Position numbers and translations under genes: made by a program. Of a stretch of 64,000 nt of DNA, positions 1-13,700 are shown in pieces. The notes below the pieces were generated by a model. The model made no database searches. It saw only the letters and a program-made list of their open reading frames with translations, and was not told where the DNA came from. Origin of the DNA: the human T2T-CHM13v2.0 reference genome, Homo sapiens; NCBI RefSeq assembly GCF_009914755.1, contig NC_060931.1; one strand, 5' to 3'. Position 1 is the first letter of the stretch; the number at the start of each line of letters is the position of its first letter.

Positions 1-248
1 TGTTGTTTCCTGACTTTTTAATGATTGCCATTCTAACTGGTGTGAGATGGTATCTCATCGTGGTTTTGATTTGCATTTCTCTGATGGCTAGTGATGATGA
101 GCATTTTTTCATGTGTTTTTTGGCTGCATAAATGTCTTCTTTTGAGAGGTGTCTGTTCATGTCCTTCGCCCACTTTTTGATGGGGTTGTTTGTTTTTTTC
201 TTGTAAATTTGTTTGAGTTCATTGTAGATTCTGGATATTAGCCCTTTG
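1..248 (-). mobile_element. Inverted (antisense) segment of an L1, C-terminal ORF2 region; continues upstream beyond the window
   Basis: The reverse complement reads CAAAGGGCTAATATCCAGAATCTACAATGAACTCAAAC...GTCAGGAAACAACA, the same ORF2 segment seen in sense at ~35001-35248. Confidence 0.95.
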
Positions 249-490
249 AACAATGAGATCACATGGACACAGGAAGGGGAATATCACACTCTTGGGACTG
301 TGGTGGGGGGGAGGGGGGAGGGATAGCATTGGAAGATATACCTAATGCTAGATGACGAGTTAGTGGGTGCAGCGCACCAGCATGGCACATGTATACATAT
401 GTAACTAACCTGCACAATGTGCACATGTACCCTAAAACTTAAAGTATAATAAAAAAAAAGAAACAAGAAACAAACAAACAAACAAAAAAA
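246..490 (+). mobile_element. L1 3' UTR and A-rich tail, L1PA2-like; non-inverted part of a 5'-inverted L1
   Basis: GAACAATGAGATCACATGGACACAGGAAGGGGAATATCAC...GATGACGAGTTAG...CTTAAAGTATAATAAAA. It has GAG (not ACA/ACG) and CTTAAAG (not CTTAGAG), which excludes L1HS-Ta/preTa. The tail at ~451-490 decays into (CAAA)n. Confidence 0.88.
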
Positions 491-1713
491 ATACCCCTCT
501 GCAGAATCTAAAAAAAGACTGTTTCCAAACTGCTAAATCAAAAGAAAGGTTCAACTCTCGGAGATGAATGCACACATCACAAAGAAGTTTGTCAAAAAGT
601 GTCTGTCTAGTTTTTATGTGAATATATTTCCTTTTTCCCCACAGGACTCAAGCTACTCAAAAATATCCCTCTGCAGAAACAACAAAAGGTCTGTTTCAAA
701 ACTACTCAATCAAAAGAAAGGTTTAACTCAGTGAGATGAAAGCACACATCACAAAGCAGTTTCCCAGAAAGTTTCTGTCTAGGTTTTATGTGAAGATATT
801 TCCTTTTTCACCATAGGCCTCAAAGCGATGCAAATATCCATTTGCAGATTCTACAAAAAGACTGTTTCCAAACTGCTCAATGAAAAGAAAGGCCCAACTC
901 TGTGAGATGAAAGCACACATCACAAATAAGCTTCTCAGAATGCTTCTGTCTAATTTTCATGTGAAGATATTTCCTTTTTCACCATAGGCCTCAAAGCACT
1001 CCAAATATCCATTTGAAGATACTACAAAAAGAGTTTTTCCAAACTGCTCAATCAAATGAAAAGTTAAACTCTGTGAGATGAATGCACACCTCACAAAGAA
1101 GTTTCTCAGAATGCCTCTGTCTAGTTTTTATTTGAAGATATTTCCTTTTTCACCACAGGCCTCGAACCGCTCAAAAATATCCCTCTCCACATTATAAAAA
1201 AAGACCGTTTCCAATCTGCTCAATCAAAAGAAAAGTTTAACCCTATAAGGTGTAATCACACATCATGAAGAAGTTTCTCAGAAAGCTTCTTTGTAGTTCT
1301 TATGTGAAGATATTTCCTATTTAACCATAGGCCTCAATGGGCTCACATATATCCCTCTGCAGATTCTACAAAAGACTGTTTCCAAAGTCCTCAATCAAAA
1401 GAAAGTTTCAACACTTTGAGATGAATGCACACATCACAGAGAAGTTTCTCAGAAAGTTTCTGTCTAGTTTTTATGTGAAGATATTTCCTTTTTCACCATA
1501 GGTCTCAAAGCTCTCCAAATATCCAATGCATATTCTACCAAAAACTGTTTCCTAACTGCTCAATCAAAAGAAAGGTTCAACTCTGTGAGTTGAAAGCACA
1601 CATCACACAGAAGTTTGTCAGAAAGCTTCTGTATTGTTTTTATGTGAAGATATTACTTTTTCACCATAGGCTTCAAACTGCTCAGAAATAACCCTTTGGA
1701 GATTGTAAAAAAA
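485..1713 (-). repeat. Monomeric alpha satellite, ~7 monomers, reverse orientation
   Basis: ~171-bp periodic GCAGATTCTACAAAAAGACTGTTTCCAAACTGCTCAATCAAAAGAAAGGTTCAACTCTGTGAGATG, the reverse complement of the conventional alphoid consensus. Confidence 0.97.
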
Positions 1714-4700
1714 GTCTTTGTTGAATCTGAAATGGATATTTGTGATCGCTTTGACGCCTATGATGAAAAAGGAAATATCTTCATGTAAAAACGAGACAGA
1801 ATTTTTCTGAGAAACTTCTTTGTGATGCGTGCATTCATCTCATAGAATTGACACTTTCTTTTGATTGGTCTGCTTGGAAAAAGTCTTTTTGTAGAATCTG
1901 CAATGGGATATTTGTGATCACTTTGAGGCCTATGGTGAAAAAGGAAATATATTCATATAAAATCCAGACAGAAGCTTTCTGAGAAACTACTTTGTGATGT
2001 GGGCTTTCATATCATAGAGTTGAACCTTTGTATTGAATGATAAGTTTGGATATACTGGTTTTGTAGAATCTCCAATGGGATATACATGAGCGGTTTGAGG
2101 CCTAGGGTGAAAAAGGAAATATCTTCAAATAAAACTAGGCAGAAGCTTTCTGAGAAACATCTTTGTGATATGTGCTTTCATCTCACAGAGGTGAAACTTT
2201 CTTTTGATTGTGCAGTTTGGAAACAGTCTTTTTGTAGTATCTGCAAAGGGATATTTGTGAGTCCTTTGAGGCCCATGGTGAAATAGGAAATATCTTCACA
2301 TAGAAACAAGACAGAAGCTTTCTGAGAAACTCCTTTCTAATGTTTGCTTTCATCTCACAGGGTTGAACCTTTCTTTGATTGAGCAGTTTGGAAACAGTTT
2401 TTTTGTAGGATCTGCAAAGGGATACTTGGAGAACTTTGAGGACTGTGGTGTGAAAGGAAATATCTTCAAATAAAAACTAGCCAGAAGATTTCTGAGAAAT
2501 TTCTTTGAGATGTGTGCTTTCATCTCACAGAGTTGAATATTTCCTTTGAGCAGTTAGGAAACAGTCTTTTTGTAGTATCTGTAAAGGAATATTTGTGAAC
2601 TCTTTGAGGTCTATGTTGAAAAAGGCAATAGCTTCACATAAAAACTAGTAAGAAGCATTCTGAGAAACTTCTTTGTGATGTGAGCATTCATCTCACAGAG
2701 TTGAACCTGTTTTTGAATGAGCAGTTTGGAAACAGTCTTTTCATATGATCTGCCAAGGGATATTTCTGAGTGGTTTGAAGCCTGTGGTGAAAAAGGAAAT
2801 ATCTCCAAATAAAAACTAGACAGAAGCTTTTTGTGAAACTTCTCTGTGATATGTGCATTCATTTCACACAGTTGAACGTTTCTTTTAATTGAGCAGTTTT
2901 GAAACAGTCTTTTTGTATAATCTGTGAAGGAACATTTGGAGCGCATTGAGGCCTATGCTGAAAAAGTAAATATCTTCAACAAAAAAACAGACAGAAGCTT
3001 TCTGAGAAAGTTCTTTGGATTTGTGCATTCATGTCACAGATTAGAACCTTTCTTTTGATTGAGCAGTTTTGAAATTGTCTTTTGTAGAATCTGCAAAGGG
3101 ATATTTGTGAGTGTTTGAGGCCTATGGTGACAAAGGAAATATCTTCGAATCAAAAGCAGACAGAACATTTCTGAGAAACTTCTTTGTGATGTGTGCATTC
3201 ATGCCACAGATTAGAACCTTTCTTTGGACTGATCAGCTTTGAAACCATCTACTGTAGAGTCTGCAAAGGGATCCTTGTGAGCACTTTGAGGCCTATAGTG
3301 AAAAAGGAAATATCTTCATAGAAAAACTAGACAAAATCATTCTGAGAAACATGTTTGTGATGTGTGCATTCATCTCAACAGATTTGAACATTTCCTTTGA
3401 TTGAGCAGTTTGAATACAGTCTTTTTGTAGATCTGCAGAGAGATATTTGGAGCCCTTTGAGGCCTACGGTGAAAAAGGAAATATCTTCACATAAAAAATA
3501 GACAGAAGCTTTTTGGAAACATCTTTGTGATGTGTGCACTCATCTCAAGGAGTTGAACCCTTATTTTGATTGAGGAGTTTCGAATCACACTTTTTGTAGA
3601 ATCTGCCAAGTGATATTTGGAGCGCTTTGAGGACTATGGTGGAAAAGGAAATGTCTTCACATAAAAACTAGACAGGAGATTTCTGAGAAAGTTCTTTGTG
3701 ACGTGTGCTTTCATCTCACAGAATTGAACCTTTCCTTCGATTGAGCAGTTTGGAAACAGTCTTTTTGTAGAATCTGCAAGAGGATATTTGTGAGCCCTTT
3801 GAGTCCCATGGTGGAAAAGGAAATATCATCACATAGAAACTAGACAGAAGCTTTCTGAGAAAATTCTTGGTGATGTGTTCTTTCATCTCACTGATTTGAA
3901 CCTTTATTTTGATTGAGCAGTTTGGAAACAGTCTTTTTGTAGAATCTACAAAGGGATATTTTTGAGCCCTTCAATGCCTATGGTGAAAAAAGAAATATCT
4001 TCACATAAAAACTAGACATTAGATTTCTGAGAAACTTCTTTGTGACGTGTGCTTTCATCTCACAGGCTTGAACTTTTCTTTCGATAGAGCAGTTTGGAGA
4101 CAGTCTTTTTGTAGAAACTTCCAAGGGGTATTTGGAGCACTTTCAGGTGCATGGTGAAAAAGGAAATATCTTCACATAAAAATTAGACAGAAGCTTTCTG
4201 AGAATGTTTTTTATGATGAGTGCATTCATCACACAGAGTTGAACTTTTCATTGAAATGAGCAGTTTGGAAACAGTTTTTTATGGAATCTGCAAAGGGATA
4301 TCTGTGAGCCTTTAAGGCCTACAGTGAAATAAGAAATATATTCACATAAAAACTAGACAGAAACACTCTAAGAAACTGCTTTGCGATGTATGTTTCATCT
4401 CACAGAGTTGAACCTTCCTTTTGATTGAGAAGATTAGAGGCAGTCTTTTTGTAGAATATACAGTGGGACATTTGTGAGCAGTTTGAGGCCTATGTTGAAA
4501 AAGGAAATATCTTAACATAAAAACTAGACAGAGGCTTTTTGAGAAACTTCTTTGTGATGTGCACATGCATCTCACAGAGTTCAAGCTTTCTTTTGATTGA
4601 GCAGTTTAGAAACAATTATTGTAGAATTTGCAAACGGATATTTGTGACCCCTTTGAGGCCTCTGGTGAAATAAGAAATATCTTCACATAAAAACTAGACA

Positions 4701-7700
4701 GAAGCATTCTGAGAAACTTCTTTGTGATGTGTGCTTTCATCTCACAGAGTTGAGCATTTCTTTTAATTGAGAAGTTTGGAAACAGTGTTTGTGTAGAATA
4801 CACAAATGGATGTTTGAAGCACTTTGAGGCATATGGTGAAAAAGGAAATATCTTCACATAAAAACTAGACAGAAACTTTTTGGGAAACTGCTTTGTGATG
4901 TGTACTTTCACCTCAAACAGTTGAAACTTTCTTTTGATTGAGCAGTTTGGAAACAGTCTTTTGTAGATTCTGCAGAGGGATATTTGTGAGCGGTTTGAGG
5001 CCTATGGTGAATATGAAATTATCTTCATTTAAAAACTAGGCAGATGCTTTCTAGAAAGTTCTGTATGATGTGTGCATTCATCTTACAGAGTTGAAACTTT
5101 CTTTTTATTGAGCAGCTTATAAACAGTCTTTTTTCATAATCTGCAGAGGAATATTTTTGAGCAGTTTGAGGCCTGTGGTGAAAATGGAAATGTCTTCACA
5201 TAAAAACTAGACAGAAGCATTCTAAGAAGCTGCTTTGTGATGAGTGCATTCATCTCACAGAGTTGAAACTTTATTTTGATTGAACAGTTCGGAAACAGTT
5301 TTTTCTGGAATCTGCAAAGGGATATTTGTGACCCTATTGCATCCTATGGTGAAATAGGAAATATCTTCACATAAAAACTATACAGAAGCTTTCTGAGAAA
5401 CTTCGTTGGGATGTGTGCATTCATCTCACAGAGTTGAATCTTTCCTTTGATTGAGCAGTTTGGAAACAGTCTTTTTGTAGAATCTGCAATTGGATATTTG
5501 GAGTGCTTTGACGCCTCTGGTGAAAAAGGAAATACATTCACATAAAAACTAGACTGAAGGTTTCTGAGAAACTTCTTTGTGATGCGTGCATTCATCTCAC
5601 AGAGTTGAGCCTTTCTTTTGATTGAACAGTTTGGAAACAGTCTTTTTGTACAATCTGCAAAGGGATATTTCTGAGCAATTTGAGGTCTATAGTGAAAAAG
5701 AAACACCTTCACATGAAAATTAGACAGAAGTATTCTGAGAAACTTCTTTGTTATGTGTGCATTCATCTCCCAGAGTTGAATCTTTCCTTTGATTGAGCAG
5801 TCTGGACACAGTTCTTTGTGGAATCTGCCAAGGGATATTTTTGAGTCCATTGAGGCCTATGGTAAAAAAGGAAATATCTGGACATAAAAACTAGAAAGAA
5901 GCATTCTGAGAAAATTCTTTGTGATTTGTGCTTTCATCTCACAGATTCGAACATTTCTTTTGATTGAGCAGTTTGGAAACAGTCTTTTTGTAGAATCTGC
6001 GAGTGTATATTTGGAGCGCTTTGAGGCCTATAGTGAAATAGGAAATATCTTCACATAAAAATTAGACAGAAGGATTCTAAGAAACTGCTTTGTGACGTGT
6101 GCATTCATCTCACAAAGCTGAAACTTTCTTTTGTTTCAGCAGTTTGTAAACAGGTCTTTGTAGAATCTACAAAGGGATATTTGTGAACCCATTGAGGCCT
6201 ATGATAGGAAATATCTTCAAATATGAAATATCTTCAAATAAAAACTAGACATAAGCATTGGGAGAAACATCTTTGTGATGCGTGCTTTAGTCTCACAGAC
6301 TTGAACCTTTCTTTTGATAGATAAGTTTGGAAACAATCTTTTTGTAGAACTGCAAATGGATATCTGGGGTGCATTGAGGCCTATGGTGAAAAAGGAAACA
6401 TCTTCATATAAACACTAGACTGAAGCTTTCTGAGAAACTTCTTTGTGATGTTTGCATTCATCTCACAGAGTTGAACTTTTCTTTTAATTGAACAGTTTGG
6501 AATCAGTCTTTTTTTAGATTCTGCAGATGGATATTTCTGAGCGGTTTGAGGCCTATGGTAAAACAGGAAATATCTTCACATAAAAAGTAGAAAGAAACAT
6601 TCTGAGAAACTGCTTTTTGACTTCTACCTTCATCTCACACAGCTGAAACTTTCTTTTGATTGAGCAGTATGGAAACAGTCGTTTTATAGAATCGGCAAAG
6701 GGATATTTGTGAGCCCATTGAGGCCTATGGGGAAATAGGAAATATCTTCACATAAAAACTAGACAGAAACTTTCTGAGAAACTTCTTTGTGATGTGTGCT
6801 TTCATCTCACAGAGATAAAACTTTCTTTTGATTGAGCACTATGGAAACATTCTTTTGTAGATTCTGCAGAGTGATATTTGTGAGCAGTTAGAGGCCTATG
6901 GTGAAATAGGGAATATCTTCACATTAAAACTAGACAGATGGTTTTTGAGAAACTTCTTTGTGATGTGTGCGTTCATCTCACAGAGTTGAACCTTTCTTTA
7001 GATTGAGCAGTTTGGAAACAGTCTTTTAGTACAATCTGCAAAACAATATTTCTGTGTGGTTTGAGGCCCATGGAGAAATAGGAAATATCTTCGCATGAAA
7101 ACTAGACAGATGCTTTTTGAGAAACTTCTTTGTGATGTGTGCATTCATCTCACAGAGGTGAACCTTTCTTTTGATTGAGGAATTTGGAAACAGTGTTTTT
7201 CTACAATATGAAAAGGGATATTTCTGAGCGATTTGAGGCCTATGGTGAAAAACGAATATCTTCTCATAAAAACTAGACAGAAGTTTTTGACAAAACTCTT
7301 TGTGATGTGTGCTTTCATCTCACAGAGTTGAACTTTTCTTTTGATTGATCAGTTTGGAAACAGAATTTTTGTAGAATCTGCAAATGGATATTTGGAGCGT
7401 TTTGAAGCCTATGGTGAAAAAGGAAATATCTTCACATAAAAACTAGACAGCAGTTTTCTGAGGAACTTCTTTGTGATGCGTGCATTCATCTAATGGAGTT
7501 GACCATTTCTTTGGATTGATCAGTTTGGAAACAGCCTTTTTATGGAATCTGCAAAAGGATATTTGGAGCGCTTTTGTGCCTACAGTAAAAAAGGAAATAT
7601 CTTCACATAAAAACTAGACTGAAGTTTTCTGAGAAACTTCTTTGTGATGTGTGCATTCATCTCACAGAGTTGAACGATTCTTTTGATTGAGAGGTTAGGA

Positions 7701-10700
7701 AGCAGACTTTTTGTAGATTCTTCAGAAGTATATTTGTGAGCAGTTTGAGGCCTATGGTGATAAAGGAAATATCTTCACATAAAAACTACACAGAAGCTTT
7801 CAGAGAAACTGTTTTGTGATGTGTGCATTCATCTCACAGATTTGAACCTTTCTTTTGATTGAGCAGTTTGGAAACAGACTTTTTGTAGAATTTGCAGAGG
7901 GATAATTGTGAGCCTTTTGAGGACTATAGTGAAAATGGAAATATCTTCACATAACAACTAGACACAAGCACTCTGAGAAACTGCTTTGCAATGTGTGCAT
8001 TCGTCTCACAGAGTTGAACCTCTCTTTTGATAGAGTGGTTTTGGATCACTGTTTTGTAGAATCCGCAAACGGATATTTGCGATCCATTGAGGACTGTTGT
8101 AAAATGGGAATTATCATCTCATAAAAGCTAGACAGAAGCATTTAGAGAAACTTCTTTGTGAAGTGTGCATTCATCTCAAAGATTTGAACCTTTCTATTCA
8201 TTAAGCAGTTTGGAAACAGTGTTTTTGTGGAATATGCTGGGGGATAATTGTGAGTGGTTTGAGGCGTTTGGTGAAAAAGGAAATATCATCACATAAAAAC
8301 TGGACAGAAACTTTCTGAGAAACCTCTTAGTGTTGTGTGCATTCTTCTCAAATATTTGAACCTTTCTTTTTGATGGAGCAGTTTGGAAACAATCTTTTTG
8401 TAGATTCCACAGAGGGATATTTGTGGGCGGTTTGAGGCCTATGGTGAAAAAGGAAATATATTCACATAAACACTAGACAGATGCTTTTTGAGAAACTTCT
8501 TTGTGATGTGCGCTTTCATCTGACAGAGTTGAACATTTCTTTGGATTGAGCAGTTTGGAAACAGTCTTTTTGTAGAATCTGCAAAGTTCTATTTCTGAGA
8601 GGTTTAAGGCACGTGGTGAAATAGGAAATATCTTCACATAAAAACTAGACAGAAGTTTTCTGAGAAAGTTCTTTGTGATGTGTGATTTCATCTCACATAG
8701 TTGAACCTTCCTTTTGACTGAGCAGTTGGGAAACAGTCTTTTTGTAGAATCTGCAAATGGATATTTGGAGCACTTTGAGGCCTCTGGTGAAAAAGGTAAT
8801 ATCTTCACATAAAAACACAACAGAAGATTTCTGAGAAACTTCTTTGTGATGTTTGCTTTCATCTCACGGAGTTGAAACTTTCTTTTGATTGAGCTGTTTG
8901 GAAACAGTCTTTTTGTAGAATTTGCAGAGGATATTTGTGAGCTGTTTGAGGCCTATGGTGAAAATGGAAATATCTTCACATGAAAACTAGACAGAAGCTT
9001 TCTGAGAAACTTCTTTGTGATGCGTGCATTCAGCTCACAGAGTCGAACTTGTCTTTTGATTGAGCATTTTGGAAACAGTCTTTTTATAATCTGCAGAGAG
9101 ATATTTGTGAGCGGTTTGAGTCCTATGGTGAAAATGATATATCTTCACATAAAAAATAGACAGAAACATTCTGAGAAACTGCTTTGTGATGTGTACATTC
9201 ATGTCACACAGTTGAATCTTTCTTTCAACTGAGCAGCTTGGAAACAGTTTATTGTGGAATCTGCAAAGGGATATTAGTGACCCCATTGAGGCCTATGTTG
9301 AAATAGGAAATATCTCCAGATTAAAATTAGAGAGAAGCATGCTGAGAAACTGCTTTGTGATGTGTGGTTTCATCTCACACAGTTGAACCTTTCTTTTGAT
9401 TGAGCAGATTGGAAACAGTTTTTTGTGGAATCTGCAAAGTTATTGTTGAGCCTATTGAGACCTATTAGGTGGTAGGAAGTGTCTTCAAATAGAAACTATA
9501 CAGAGGCATTCTGAGAAACTTATTTGTGATGTGTGATTTCATCTAACACAGTTGAAACTTTCTTTTGATTGAGCAGTTTTGAAACAGTCTTTTTGTAGAA
9601 TCTGCAAAAGTGTATTTTGAGCACTTTGAGGCCTGTGGTGAAAAAGGAAATATCTTCACATGAAAACTAAACAGAAGATTTCTGAGAAACTTCTTGGTGA
9701 TGTTTGCTTTCAGCTCACAGAGTTGAACTTTTCTTTTGATTGAGCAGTTTGGAAACAGTCTTTTTGTGGAATTTTCAGAGGGATATTTGTGAGCTGTTTG
9801 AGGCCTCTGGTGAAAATGGAAATATCTTCTCATAAAAACTAGACAGAAGCATTCTGAAGAACTGCTTTGTGATGTGTGCATTTATCTCACAGAGTTGAAG
9901 CTTTCTTTTGATTGAGCAGTTTGGAAACAGTTTTTTGTGGAATCTGCAAAGGGATAATTTTGACCCCTTTGAGGCCCATGGTGAAATAAGAAATACCTTC
10001 AGATTAAAACGAGACAGAAGCATTCTGAGAAACTTCTTTGTGATGTGTTCTTTCATCTCCCAGAGTTGAAACTTTGTTTTGATTGAGCAGTTTGGAAACA
10101 GTTTTTTGTGGAATCTGCAAAGTATATTGTTGAGCCTATTGAGGCTTATGATGAAATAGGAAATATCTTCACATCAAAACAATACAGAAGCATTCTGAGA
10201 AACTTATTTCTGATGTGTGCTTTCATTTCACAAAGTTGAACCTTTCTTTTGAGAGAGAAGTTTGGAAAGAATCTTCTTGTAGAATCTGCAAATGGATTTT
10301 TGGAGCACATTGAGGCCTATAGTGAAAAAGGAAATATCTTCACATAAAAACTAGACAGAAGCTTTCTCAGAAACTTCTTTGTGATGTCTGCATTCATCTC
10401 ACAGAGTTGAAAATTTCTTTTGATTGAGCAGCATGGAAGCAGTCTTTTTGAAGTTTCTGCAGAGGGATATTTGTGAGTGGTGTGAGGCCTATGGTGAAAA
10501 AGGAAATATCTTCACATAAAAACTAGACTGACGTTTTTTGAGAAACTTCTTTGTCATGTGTTCATTCATCTTACATAGTTGAAACTCTCTTTTGATTGAG
10601 TAGTTTAGAAAGAGTCTTTTTATACAATCTGAAACGGGATATTTCAGAGCAGTTTGAGGCCTATGGTGAAAAAGGAAATATCTTCACATAAAAACTATAG

Positions 10701-13700
10701 AGAAGATTTCTGAGAAAATTCTTTGTGAAGAGAGCTTCCATCTCACAGAGTTCACCCTTTCCTTTGATTGAGCAGTTTGGAAACAGTCTTTTTGCGGAAT
10801 CTGCAGACGGCTACTTGGAGCGCTTTGTGGCCTATGGTAAAAAAGGAAATATCTTCACATAAAAACTAGACAGAATCTTTCTGAGAAACTTCTTTGTGAC
10901 GTGTGCATTCCTCTCACAGAGTTGACATTTCTTTTGACTGAGCAGTTTGCAAACAGTGTTTTTGTAGTATCTGCAGGAGAATATTTGGAGCACTTTGAGG
11001 CCTATGGTGAAAAAGGGAATATCTTCACATAAAAACTAAATAGAAGATTCCTGAGTAACTTCTTTGTGATGTGTGCATTCATCTCACAGAGTTGAACCTT
11101 CCTTTTGCTTGATCTGTTTGGAAACAGTCTTTTGTAGAACCTTCAAATGGACATTTGGAGCATTTTGAGGCCTATAGTGAAAAAGGAAATTTCTTCACAT
11201 AAAAAAATAGACAGAAGATTTCTGAGAAACATCTTTGTGATGTGCACATTCATCTCACAGAGTTGAACCATTCTTTTGATTGAGCAGTTTAGAAAAAGTA
11301 TTTTGGTGGAATCTGCAAATAGATACTTGGAGCGCTTTGAGGCCTATGGTGAAAAAGGAACTATCTTCACGTAAAAATTAATGGAAGGTTTCTGAGAAAC
11401 ATCGTTGTGATGTGTGCATTCACCTCACAGAGTTGAAACTTTCTTTTCATTAAGCCATTTGGAAAGAGTCTTTTTGTAGAATCTGTAAATGGATATTGGC
11501 AGCAATTTGAGGCCTATGGTGAAAAAGAAAATGTCTTCACATAAAAAGCAGACAGAAGATTTCTCAGAAACTTCTTTGTGATGTGTGCATTCACCTCAAA
11601 GTGTTGAACCATTCTTTTGATTGAGCAGTTAGGAAACAGTCTTTTGTAGAATCTGCAAATGGATATTTGGAGCACTTTAAGGCCCATGGTGAAAAAGGAG
11701 ATATCTTCACATAAAAACGAAAGGGAAGATTTGTGAGAAACTTCTTTGTGATGTGTGCATTCATCTCACAGAGATAGAACTTTCTTTCGATTGAGCAGTT
11801 TGGAAAAAGTCTTTTTGTGGAATCTGCAAATGGATATTTGGAGTGCTTTCAGGCCTATGGTGAAAAAGGAAATATATTCATATAAAAACTAGACAGAAGC
11901 TCTCTGAGAAACTTGTTTGCGATGTGTGCATTCATCTCACAGAGTTGAACCTTTCTTTTTCTTGAGCAGTTTGGAAACAGACTTTTTGTAGAATCTACAA
12001 CGGGATATTTGTGAGCCTATTGAGGCCTATGGTGAAATAGAAAATATCTTCACATAAAAAGTAGACAGAAACTTTCTGAGAAACATTTTTGTGTCCTTTC
12101 ATCTCAAACAGCTGAATCTTTCTTTTGATTGAGCAGTTTGGAAACAGTCTTTTGGTAGAATCTGCAAATGGATATTTGGGGTGCTTTGAGGCCTACGTTG
12201 AAATAGGAAATATCTTCACATCAAAACTAGACAGAAGCTTTCTGAGAAACTTCACTGGGATGTGTGCTTTCATCTCACAGACTTGAATCTTTCTTTTCAT
12301 TGAGCAGTTTGGAGACAGTCTTCTTGTAGAATCTGCAAACGGATATTTGTGAGCCCAGCGAGTCTTATGATGAAACAGGCAATATCTTCACATAAAAAGT
12401 AGACAGAATGTTTATGAGAAACTTCTTTTTGGTGCGTGCATTCATCTCTCAGAGTGGAATCTTTATTTTGATTGAGCAGTTTGCAAACAGTCTCTTTGTA
12501 AAATTTGCAGTAGGATATTTGTGAGTGCTTTGAGGCCTATGTTGAAAATGGAAATATCTTCACATAAAAACTAGAAAGAAGCATTCTGAAAAGCTTCTTT
12601 GTGATGTGTGCATTCATCTCACGGAGTTGCACCTTTCTTTTGATAGAGCAGTTTGGAAACTGTTTTTTGTAGAATCTGCAAAGGGATATTTGTGACCCCA
12701 TTGAGTCCTATGGTGAAATAGGAAACAGCTTCACATAAAAACTATACCGAAGCATTCTGAGAAACTTCTTCATGATGTGTGCTTTCAACTGAAAGAGGTG
12801 AAACTTTCTTTTCAATGAGAAGTTTGGAAACAGTCTTTTTGTATAACTTGCAAATTGATATTTGGAGCGATTTGAGGCCTATGTTGAAAAAGGGAATATC
12901 TTCACATAGAAACTAGACTGAAGCTTTCTGAGAAACTTCCTTGTCATGTGTGCATTCATCTCACAGATTTGAACCTTTCTGTTGATTGAGCAATGTAGGA
13001 ACAGTCTTTTTGTAGATTCTGGACAGGGCTATATGTGAGCGGATTGAGGCCTATTGTGAAAAGGAAATATCTTCACATAAATACTAGACAGATGGGTTTT
13101 GAGAAACTTCTTTGTGATATGTGCATTCATCTCACAGAGTTGAACCTTTCTTTTGTTGGAGCTTTTTGGAAAGAGTCTTTTAGTACAATCTGCAAAGTGA
13201 TAATTCTGAGCAGTTTGAGGCCTATGGTAAAAAAGAAATATCTTCATAGAAAAACTAGATGGAAGCTTTCTGAAAAACTTCTTTTTGATGTGTGCTGTCA
13301 TCTCACAGTGTTGAACCATTCTTTTGATTGAGCAGTTTGGAAAGAGTCTTTTTGTAGAATCTACAAATGAATATTTGGAGCTCCATGATGCCTGTGGTGA
13401 AAAAGGAAATATCTTCATATAAAATATAGACAGAAATTTTCTGACAACCTTCTTTGTGATGTGTGCATTCATCTCACAGAGTTGAACCTTTCTTTTGATT
13501 GAGCAGTGTGGAGACAGTCGTTTGGAACTATCTGCCAATGGATAGTTTGGGCAATTTGAGTCCTATGATGAAAAAGGAAAAAATATCTTCACATAAAAAC
13601 TAAACAGAAGCTTTCTGAGAAACTTCTATGCGATTTGTGCTGTCATCTCACATAGTTGAACATTTCTATGGAGTGAGTGGTTTGGAAGCAGTCTTTTTGA

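Noticed and set aside
5401-5417. CTTCGTTGG resembling the start of a CENP-B box
   Set aside because: It lacks the essential A..CGGG half and sits at the wrong monomer position; it is a variant of CTTCTTTGTG.
12193-12210. CTACGTTGAAATAGGAA at the box position
   Set aside because: It has neither TTCG nor CGGG, so it is a mutated pJalpha box.
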